Assembly (NCBI RefSeq): GCF_009914755.1
Contig: NC_060930.1
Origin: the human T2T-CHM13v2.0 reference genome, Homo sapiens
Length of the DNA: 64,000 nucleotides
Strand: one strand, 5' to 3'
Positions 53,845 through 64,000 of the stretch are shown here, piece by piece. Position 1 is the stretch's first letter. Each line of letters opens with the position of its first letter. The notes beneath the pieces are model-generated. The model did no database searches. It had not been told where the DNA came from and saw only the letters and a list, made by a program, of their open reading frames with translations. Position numbers and translations under genes: made by a program.

Positions 53845-53995
53845 ATATGAGGATGTTTATTGCAGCATTATTTGTGATGTCAAAAACAAAACAGAAAACA
53901 TGAAACTGGAAGCAAAGTAAATTTCCATCAGTTGGACAATAGCTGAACAAAGTCTAGTACACCCACATCACTGAATACCAGGCAAATAAAAAATA
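53845..53995 (+). mobile_element. L1ME-like fragment (end of ORF2)
   Basis: GGATGTTTATTGCAGCATTATTTGT...AACTGGAAGCAA...CCATCA. Confidence 0.6.
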
Positions 53996-54039
53996 ATCAC
54001 AGCAAATTAAATAAAGAAGTAGGAATTGGAATTTAGTCA

Positions 54040-54220
54040 TTTTCTATTAAGCCAGACATTAAAGAGATTTACAAAAAAAAAATAAAACAATGTCACTCTT
54101 TATATTGAGTTTTATTTTTGAACATATATTTTTCACTGAATATATTAATTGTGTTAACATGTATGGTTTATTACTGTTATTTGTAATGAATTAATATGTA
54201 AACGTTTTGATAACTTCTCA
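54040..54220 (+). mobile_element. Charlie1-like hAT DNA transposon fragment
   Basis: TCTATTAAGCCAGACATTAAAGAGATTT...AAAACAATGTCACTCT...TGTTAACATGTA. Confidence 0.7.
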
Positions 54221-56674
54221 TCAAATTAGGATCCTAAGTAAACTACAAATTTAATTGGAAAAATTAGATAACTTAATAAAAATATTGGCTAATAACCTGA
54301 ACACAGACGTCACAGAAAGAAACTCCGAATGACTACTAATTACATAAAAAGATTTCTTAATCTAACTTTTGAAGTAACATAAATCAATTGTTTCACCACT
54401 AGCTATAAAGATTTTTATAAGGATTTCTAGTTACTAGAAAATTATTCTACAGTAAAACTAAACCTAATTCAAATAACAGACAAAAAGAAAGCTTTTTTTT
54501 TTCAGTTATTTAAACCAGAAAGTTATTCTAGTCACAGTACCATTGAGTGGTATAGCTGAAATTTAAATACATCATTGATGTTAAATAGCCATTATCAGAT
54601 GAGGTGTCCTGATGGTCATGAGAATATATTACTTACACCCACCCATGGAAAATGGTTTCTAATACTTGGCCAGTCCACCTTCAAGATTGCTGTGAAGATC
54701 AAAGAAAGACTTATGTGTAAAAGGGATTTGATAACTATGTAAATATGAGAAATCATCATTTGTTTTAGAATTGCTTTTACCCAAAGAATCTGAGGCATTG
54801 GTTAAGCATCTTGGGCTCACAATGTGCTACAGAATAAATGTACTATAGATAAACTGGGGCAGAGAGAGAGAGGAACACTGAGCTCTCGACTAGCTATGTA
54901 GTAAGTCAGGCCCTGCAGGGCGGGAAAGAAATGATTGTCTGATCAGAGGCTGCACAATGATATTCATAACTATTCAAAAGTATATATAGCACATCCTCAG
55001 AGAAACATAATAGTGCAATATTAAATTCACAGCACAAAATTATAGGGAAGAAGAAATTTCAGGCAGAAAATAAATGATAACTGCATTGGGGCACTTTTGA
55101 CCGTAACTTTGGAAGACAGAGGGTTAAAATGCCTTCGATGTCACTTGTGCCCATATATCCTGACTGTCTAATTCATGGTTTTCAGAACCACAACTTGCAA
55201 ACCCCCAAGTACCTGGGGACATTCTCTGCCATTAATTTGGGAGCAGCACTCCCTTTGCAATAAGTAGACAGTGTAGGGAAAGAATTAATGGCAGGGTATG
55301 GCCTTTACTCAGTAGAACACAGACAATAGTGGCTTGTGGTGTAAAAAGGAGACAATTAATTGCAGCAGTGGTGTCTGTGCCAATTCCCAAGTTCTAACCA
55401 CAGAAATACTTGAGAGAGTCATCAGAAACAGCAAAGGGAAAGGCACTTAAAACTCCTTCCTAACTAAAGCATATCCAATTATCTGTGGACCAAAATGCCT
55501 TTGTAGCTGAGTATATGGATATCCAGACACCTCAAACAGTACAGGGTAACATTTTTCTCCCATATAAAACCAGGGATTTAACATAATATTCAATGTCTTG
55601 GGTTTTCCCTTCTAGAAATTCTTACACAGGAGAGCACCTGTGCATTTAATAACTGGAAGATATTATACTGCATTGCAAACAAAATTTTACTATTCTCAAA
55701 GATATATTTCAGGAGAATCTACTTAAATATTTTTTCCATTTGTTTATGCAATAAGAACTTCTATTGTGTGTGCCTGCTTTCGTAAAAGAAAAATCACCTA
55801 ATCCAATCTCCTATAATTACTCCTTATCGTGTACTGTATCATTGACTTTCCCTGGAAGCTACACCTAAGGTATGACTAAGTAAGAGATACTAGCTTGAGA
55901 GATCTGAATCAGGAAATACTAGGACAAATTGAGATGGACTCTCTCTTTGTGTCTCTGCCTCACTTCTATTCAAACAAGAAATAGGATGCCTCCAATTCCA
56001 CTGATTACCAGTTTCGGTATCAACTTATCAAGACAATGATAGGCCCTTTACAAATGTCCCCCTCATGTTATTTTCCCAACAGAAGCAGAAGCTGACCTAT
56101 AGTTCTTGGAGCTATTGTAAAAGAGCACATTGTATTTGTCTACTAACTCTTTTAGCCTTGCTAGCCGGCTGCTTAATTTAATGTAATTGAGCCTTTATCC
56201 AAAGAACTCTGATAGAATGTTTAAAAATGGGCTTTCCTCTGTTTCCTCAGAATTTGGATTCATTTACATTCAACTTACTGAGTGCCTCATGTCACTCAGT
56301 GTCAAGATTAGACTTCCTCAAGAAACTCAAGGCAAGCACAGTGGAAAGCAGAACAGATGTGTCTGGTTATCTCTGCATGTGATTCCAGGCAATGGGCCCT
56401 TCCTGCTTTTTGGGAGAGAAGGTTACCTCCTTGCAAATGTGTACTCACTGTCACAGCTGATAATTGAAAGGTGAGGTTTCCAAAATGTCATTATTATTTT
56501 TATTGCTAGACATGTTGGCTCTGTCTCAGGTTCCTCACATAAGCTGCATTCTCTCATCTAAAATTCCACAACAGGCTTCGTTGCAATGTCATATTACAGA
56601 GAGAGGTGGGGCAAATGCACTAAAGGGAGATGTGACACACAAGAAAAGTATGGTTCTCAAAATGGTGGGAGAAG

Positions 56675-56890
56675 ACATGCAGTGGGTGGGAAAACACTCA
56701 ATTTGCAATCAGGTAATTTGGATTTAAATCCAGGCTCCATTACTTTATTAGCTCCTGTCTCTAGCTTCAATTTTGTCCTTAAAATGTGAATGATTAAACC
56801 TAGCTATCAGGGTTATTGGACTTTACTGAGAGAAAATAGGTATAAATATTTTGTAAATCGTTAAGCAACACACAAATATGATGTTTCCAT
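56675..56890 (+). mobile_element. MIR SINE
   Basis: GGATTTAAATCCAGGCTCCATTACTT...TAAAATG...CAGGGTTATTG. Confidence 0.6.
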
Positions 56891-58489
56891 TTGTTATGGG
56901 TTTGTCTGTGCTATTAAAAATAAGAAATTAAGGTCATGAAGTCGTAAAATGTCAAGACTAGAATATTCCTTGTTGATTGTCTTATTTTAATCTAATTACC
57001 TCTTTTTATAAAAGGGACAAAGTTCTGTATTTTTTAACAATCATTTATTGAACTTCTCTATGAGCCAGAATCAGTGCTGAAGGTAGGGAAACAAAGTTGA
57101 TTAACAGGAATCCCTAGAGGAGTTAAGATCCAGGACAAGGAAGCATTTGCCCAAGGTTTTACAGCTAGAGGCTTAAGAGCTGGGAATAAGATCAATAGAA
57201 TCCTCATCTCCTAAGCTCCTGCTCAGGACATTTGCTTTCATTGCCTCTGTATTAAGGCTTTTCCACCTGCCGAAAATCACAGGAATATATTTAAGATATT
57301 GTAACACATTAAAAATACCAACCACTGTTCCTCCAGACAAACACTACTTTGTGTCTCAGATTAACCCAGCCTAGTTCAGGCCGCTATGAACAAGGCAAAG
57401 GCCTGGTTGTTCATTAGAGTAGCCAACATGTCTTCTCTCCCTGTTTAGCACTTATTTTTTTCTGGGATGCTGTTCCAGATCCCCCAAATGCCAAAAGCCC
57501 TGGACCAGCCTCACTAGTCTCCTGCCTTCTCCTCACACATACAGGCTCCCTTGCACCAAACTTTTAGTCACACTGAATTTTTGGAATACTTTTGTATTCC
57601 TCTTCACTTTTGCATATACTTCTCAATTTCTGAAATTCCTTTTCCCTTCTTCTCTATGTGGCAAATTATTCATCTCTGAAGAATTGAATTCATGTTGCTT
57701 TCCCAGACTTACCCAGGCAGGCTCCGCACCTCCACATTCCAGAGCACATTGTTAATATCACTGTTATAGCCTTCTGCATGATGTATCATAATTATGCCTT
57801 GCCATGTCTGCCTGGTCCATTCATTTATTGATTCAACATGTATTGATTTCCCATTCTGTGACAATCACTCAATTGGCACCATGGGTTCAGGAATCAGAAA
57901 GTAGACACCTTGTCTTTGAGGAGCTAACAGATACTATTTTGGGAGAAAAGATACTATTTTGTGGACATGCTAATGACATGGCTGCCTACTCCGTTAAACT
58001 CGAAAACTAAAGCAAGCTGCAGGCTTGGGTTAAATAAATGTTAAGGTTAGTATAGATATTCCCATGGATATATTGAACCCTCGGAAATGGACAGTTATCA
58101 TACTTACAGGGCAGAAATTCCAAAATATTTACCTCTGACCCAGACCTCTGTCTTGAACTCCAGATCTGTGGTTTCAGCTCCTCCCAAGCATCTTCATTTG
58201 AAAGTCCCATAAAAATACCAAACTTCTCATGACCACATTAGCAAGTTAATAGATTTCATCTATACAGATACTTATATTATCTAATTGTTTTAATTTCAGA
58301 AATAAATAGAAACATTATTTAATTTCCTTATGAAGTGAAACTGGAAAAGGAATATAGTACTGAGAAATACAGGTAAAATTAAACATAAAATTAAAAGTCA
58401 CAATGGATTTTTATTAAATATGAAGTAAAACAAAACTTTCTTGGCTCTTGGATCATAAAGAATAGCTTTACAGTGAGTAAATTCTACAT

Positions 58490-58689
58490 CGGGTCAGCAC
58501 ATTTTTCTGTAAAGAGTCACATTTGGTTTCTGTCACACTTTTTTTTTGTTTTTCTTCTTTCCTGGTTTTATGGTCTCTGTCACATACACTTCTTTGTTAC
58601 AACCCTTTAAAATTGTAAAAATCATTCTAGGGTCAAAAACAGGCTGCTCCTGCCCAATTTGGCCTGTCTGCCATAGTCTGCCAACTGCA
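58490..58689 (+). mobile_element. MER58C-like hAT MITE
   Basis: CGGGTCAGCACATTTTTCTGTAAAG...ACAACCCTTTAAAATTGTAAAAATCATTCT...CCATAGTCTGCCAAC; TSD TTCTACAT / TTCTATGT. Confidence 0.75.
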
Positions 58690-60387
58690 TTCTATGTAAT
58701 TATGAGTAACAAGACCTGTATGAAGAAACCAACAAAAAATTACTATGAACAAAGTTCCCAAAAGGTATGACTTTGGGTGTATTTACAAGTTTAAACTCCC
58801 TGATCTACCACCAGCAATATATTTTATCAACCCCCTGATGGATTTACCCAAAGCGGAGCTGAGGAAATTAAATGAGTCTAAAAAATTAGTCATTTTTATC
58901 GTCCAACTCATGGACTTATCTGGTGAGTTTAAAGCAACTTTAAAGTTAATCCAGCCTACCTGCTGGGGGACCTAAAAATTACCTTGGAGTCGCCAATAAT
59001 TAGTTAGTAAACTCACTCCAAAACCTACTTCTACTTGTGGCCTTTCTCTGTATCCATCTGACCTTGCATCAAGCACCTTTCCTATCCAGCTCTCACCTTT
59101 GGCTTTCTACAAATCACCTGTGTTCCTCCTAATTCCAGATTTTCCTACACTCAGCTGCAAGTGTTTTGAATGTGCTAATTGTAGCAAACTTTAAATTCCA
59201 AGAAGTAGCCATGGTGTTTCTGTCAGCCTTAAGGGAGAACCCCTGAGGACCCTAGCCATGTGACCTTCAGAGTGGCTGGTCCCCATGAAGTGTTTCTCAG
59301 AACAGCCAGAAGTGATCCAAAGAGAAAATGTAGCTCAGAGGTGGGGAGGGAAAACAAGGGTCCATAGATACAAGAAGAGAATCTAACCATTAATTGGGAG
59401 AGCTTTAGGAAGAAATTTTAAGTCCACAGTGAGGCGATGAAGCTAGAAATTAAGAACTGAGAATTCAAAGAATAAACTGGGAAAAGGACATCAAGCTGGA
59501 AAACTGAAGAAGTACCAGACTTAGGCTATTAGCAACTCCACTGTGTCAGGACTTACTTCTTACTAGGGTGTGGATTGGGGCACATTTTAATGCAAAACAG
59601 CCACAGGGTTTATCCAAGAAGTCATTAGAAAGGAAATCCAGAAATACAAGGCAGAAAAATGACTCTCCAGGGAAGAGCTATGCTCTCTCTTTCAGCCACT
59701 ATTTCGGACCCCTACTTTTAACTCACTTACTTTTAATAATAATAGTAATAATAAATTTAAAGGTGATTTTGATTCTTTACCACTTTTCCTCAAAATCCCA
59801 AATGCAATTATTGGTAAGATCGAATATTTAAAAGATAAAACAATTCTAGTCCAACACTCTAATAGACACAGGAATCCTCACCCTACCAACCTCTGACAAT
59901 ATGGTACTCACCCCATATGTTTTATGACCATGGATAGGGACCTCATGACTCTCCAAGGTAAGGGAGGATATAAGCAAACTGAAACAAAAAAGGGATTCTA
60001 ACAAAAGAAAATTGCTTTTTTTCCTAAAAAAGTTGATAGAATCCCTCCTTCATGAGTTTCAGACTGTATCTGGCCAGCTCTATGAGTGTTGGCAAACTGC
60101 TTCACTTTAGTTTCCTTTCATATCACATAAGGGAGTTCAGTCAGAGCAGTGCTTCCTGGGAATTATTTTAACTCAAAAATGCAATCGCTTTTTAAATTTT
60201 GTGACATCAGAATAAGCTAATTCCTCTCTCACATGAAAGCTATATTAGTCATCTTGAGCAGGCTTAGACACTACAGGTTCTTTAATAAGTAAACATCCAG
60301 AGTGCTGTTCCCTGGATGTAAGCCTAGTGACATGTTTGTGTTCTCACTTTTGCTTTTGATGACTGCTTTTCAACTAAATTCCTTAGC

Positions 60388-60578
60388 TTGGTAGATCTAC
60401 AATTTGGTATGCCTCAGAATCACTTAGTGGACTTGTTAAAATGAAGTCTACCATGTCTCTCCCCAATCCCTTCTACCAAGTTTCTGATTTAATTGCTCTG
60501 AGTAAAGCACAAGGTTTGGCATTTGCCATATGATGTTGACATTTCTAGTCAAGGGACCACACTTTGAGGACTACTGCC
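60388..60578. mobile_element. MER5A-like hAT MITE
   Basis: TCAGAATCAC...CTTGTTAAAA...GTTTCTGATT...GGGACCACACTTTGAGGACTACTG. Confidence 0.75.
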
Positions 60579-60734
60579 TTAGTTTTCTTTACAGAAATTC
60601 TTGGTAAGTCAGATGTTAATTATGTATTTCCCAAAATAATTTTTAATCTAAATGAAAGATTTAAATTTTAGCCCTATCATCATCATTATTATTGTTTTAT
60701 GTTTTAACCTATTATTCTACTTGTTCATATCTTT

Positions 60735-61135
60735 ATGAAGAACACTGGACCTGGAATCAAAAGAACTGAATTCAAGTTCTGGTTTTGATTTTACTAGCTC
60801 TGTAATCACAGGCAAATTTCATACTCACCAAGCCTCTTTTTCTTTACCTGAAAACTGGGGCTGAGAATTTCTAATGATCCCATAGAGTCATTAGTGAGTT
60901 CTGAAATCAGATGGAATTGGTTCTGAATTCCAGTTCTGCCATGTATTAGCTCTGTAACACTGATACACTTCTTAACCTCTCAGCATTATCAGTATGGCAC
61001 TTGGAAATGACTGTTTTCTCATCTATAAAATAGGGTAATAATTCCAGCCTGGTAAGTTGATTCCAACAATTAAAAGAGGTATTCTATTTACATATCTGAC
61101 AAATAGTACAGTCTTAATGAACTGCCATTATTAAA
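60735..61135 (+). mobile_element. Two tandem MIR fragments
   Basis: GAACACTGGACCTGGAATCA...TTACTAGCTCTGT, then TCTGAAATCAGA...AATTCCAGTTCTGCCA...CTCATCTATAAAATAGGG. Confidence 0.65.
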
Positions 61136-61144
61136 ACTTTTCTA

Positions 61145-62830
61145 TAGAGTATGGTATTTTGACAACAGGATGCAGTCAAAGTCTTGTGGTATTCCACTAA
61201 AGCTACATTTCCAGTTAATGATGCACAATTAACCCATTCTTTTTTTTTTTTTTTTTTTGAGACAGAGTCTCACTCTGTTGCCCAGGTTGGAATGCAGTGG
61301 TGTGATCTCAGCTCACTACAACCTTAACCTCCTGGGCTCATGCAATCCTCCAACCTCAGCCTCTCAAGTAGCTAGCACTACAGGCATGTGCCACAAATGC
61401 CTGGCTAATTTTGTTTATTTTTTTGTACAGATGAGGTCTCACTATGTTGCCCAGGCTGGTCTTAAACTCCTGGACTCAAGTGATCCACCCACCTTGGCCT
61501 CCCAAGTGCTGGGATGATAGATGTGAGCCACCAATCCTGGCAAACCAATGCATTCTTTACTCACATTTTCACAATTCTATTATCCAGAACATATTCTTTC
61601 ATCTTTTCTGCAAGCATGTCATAAAAAAGTGTTGTCAAATGTCTGCAAGAAATCAGAATTCTGTATATGTATAGAATTCTTGATTTATGAGACAAAACCC
61701 CTGAAATCAAACTTGACAATCAAAAACCTAACAAAAACTCGTGGAGACTTTTCTCTTAGTGAATCAATCCTTCTTATATCATGTACCTGCTAACCTGCTA
61801 CCTCTTTTTCCAGGTACTCAAAAATCTTTTACTGAAGTTTTTTTCATAGAATTATGCTAAGATTGCCATAAAGCCTCAGTGATCTGCAGTTTTTATAATT
61901 TAACCTCTTGTAAATTTAAAATTCAGAATTTCATGTACTCATCTTGAATGTTCTGGCACCTCCTTTTTCTGAAGATTTCCCCCAGAGAGCCCCATTTGAA
62001 ATTTCTTTATGAGTTCTATGATTTCATTCCTCCTAGCCTGGAGAGTAACTCATTTGAGCAGCTGGGTGATTTCCTGTCTTCATGTTCAGCATGGCGGCAC
62101 TTCATCCTAAATCATACTGACTCCACCCTCTTCAATTTAAAGCTCATGTTTCCTGACAGAGAATAAAAAGGCAAAATATGTTAAAGCAGTTTTACTTCTA
62201 CTCTGTCATTAAGTTAGGCTGGTACCACCACTCCCAGACAGTGAACTAATTCTTTTCTTATTCTTCTTACTAAGCATATTAGACTATACTAGAAACTTTT
62301 TCTAAGAGGCTTTTCTCTAATAAGGCTGCATTTTTGTGTGTTCACCTTTGGACATGTTCCCATCTCCATCTAACATCTCACTTGTTTTCTTCATGAATGA
62401 TAAGATGCTCCTTTTTTATATTAATCAAGGCCATGGATTTTACCATCAGAACCACTTTTTTAATCCCCTCTCCCTATCCCCATCCTTCTTAGAGCCTTAT
62501 CTATCAGGGTCCCAAGCATGAGGCCACATCTCTCTTCTCTGTAAAGAGGTATTGAAATATGTTTTTCAAATATTGAGGGCACAGGTTTGGTTATGCTTGC
62601 TGTGATTTTAGACTCCAAGATGAGATGGTCATTTTGTCCTACAGTACTTTTGACTAAATGAACCTTCCTTATTAGCAAGAATTACAAACAGAGTAGCAGT
62701 TTCCCTTGTTGCTTCCTTCAGTTTGTGAGGAATGAAATAGTTAACAGAACAAGTCAAGAATGTATCAGGTGATCTGCATCTGGACATAGATAAACCAAGT
62801 ATGCAATCAGGTGCATTGTAGGTTTTTGGA
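61145..62830 (-). mobile_element. L3/CR1 LINE remnant (C-terminal endonuclease region to RT), split by AluJ
   Basis: TTGTCAAATGTCTGCAAGAAATCAG is the antisense of a DFxxAFD-type motif. TCTGGCACCTC and GCCTGGAGA..AACTCATTT match recalled L3. Antisense of ~62670-62720 reads KEATRETATLFVILAN (CR1 PTRGxAxLDLILTN). Confidence 0.7.
61240..61541 (-). mobile_element. AluJ
   Basis: J diagnostics CCTGGGCTCA..ATCCTCC and GGTCTCACTATGTTGCCCAGG; partial TSD ...CATTCTTT. Confidence 0.93.
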
Positions 62831-64000
62831 AAATATCTGTTGAATTAATGAGTGAAGGAAAGAAGAAAGGAAGAAGAGTGTGCACGTTGTGTTTTCTTCC
62901 TTAGTTGTATCGCCTGTGTACAATTGAAACACCATGAGGAGTGAGTCTGGAGAAATCCAACAATACATTTTAACTTACCAGAAATAAATTTCTTATACAA
63001 TGAGTTAGATGAAAATGTATTTTCATCATTAGGCACTTTAAAAACAACCCAAGTGGGTCAGATGTTGAATTCTGCCTCAGAGTTGCTATCTAAACCTTTA
63101 CTGGAAAGTCATTTGATAAACAAGGTGCAAATCGACTCCCTTTTTCCACCCCCTCAATGCCCACTCCTACCAACAAGTTTCACTTCCCTGACTTCATGAA
63201 AAACTGTCAATCTTTTTAAGATCCAGGTGAAAAATCCCACTTCTCCTATATCTAGTCTTTAACCCAATTACAGATCATCAATTTGGCACATGCAAGTAAC
63301 TACAGGAGGTTATGGGTAAGTAGATTGGGAGTAATAGATGGCAAGATTTTTTTGCTAGAGTGCTGAATTCAAGGGTTCTCTAGTGGAATAGTTCCTGAAA
63401 AAGTTAAGGGCAGTGAAGAGATATGAATAGCTAAATGCAAAGGACACTAGAATTCAATAAGTAAAGAAACACACAGTCTAGCATTCCAGCTTGTTCACAT
63501 AGCACCAAGGTGCCAGGATCATGTCAGAACTGGCATGGAAGAGAGTGAACCAGGCTTCAAAGTCATCAGTGAAGGCCAGGAGGTTTGTAGATGTCACCAA
63601 CTAGAAGGTATTAAATGACTGCTCCGTGGGAAGACATGAAGCCTCAAAGAATTGGGTTGATTTTGCCCAAGGGTAAAGGTGTAATAACCTGAAAGCAATC
63701 CTGGAGAATGAGAAGAACACAAACCTTTTCTTCCAACTACACATTAAGTTGAGCCTATGCTAGAGAGGAAGCCTGGTCCTCTGGAGAGAGCCAGCTTATG
63801 CAAATGGACAGATGACCAAAGGGCGGTGACAAATGTATTAGGGCTGTGAGGCAGGGAGGAATTACCTGTCCCCAAAGTTTCCAGCAGAATTAGTTGAGCA
63901 AACTGATGCCTGGGGGGAGTCAGGCCTTTCTGAAAATAATCAGTTGTGGCCTAGATTAATTGGGACTTCAAGAGGATCCTAGTACAGATGGACACAGTTG

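Noticed and set aside
63300-63830. Possible old L2-like fragment
   Set aside because: Similarity too weak to call by eye. The same applies to faint MIR/L2 traces near 11700, 29540, 38430 and 57030-58230.

Overview
Primate (human-like) genomic DNA: AT-rich, no CpG island, no recognisable host protein-coding exon or RNA gene. It reads as intergenic or deep intronic sequence made largely of transposon fossils. The only ORFs in the track that match real proteins are retroelement remnants: L1 ORF2, HERV-S/HERVL18 Gag/Pro/Pol and an L2 RT motif. Main elements: a 5'-inverted L1PA (1-~1706); an MLT1 LTR; a ~3.0 kb multiply deleted HERV-S/HERVL18 provirus (7796-10834) nested in an MLT2 LTR; nine Alus, most with readable TSDs; MIR, L2 and L1M fragments; hAT MITEs; a solo Hsmar1 TIR; and a long L3/CR1 remnant near the right end. 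I found no convincing new biological system. The best leads are the HERV-S element (possible non-autonomous deleted lineage; AP-1 and PAR-bZIP motifs intact only in the 3' LTR) and a few candidate regulatory sites. Family and subfamily calls come from recalled consensus sequences, not a database search, and boundaries of old repeats are approximate.
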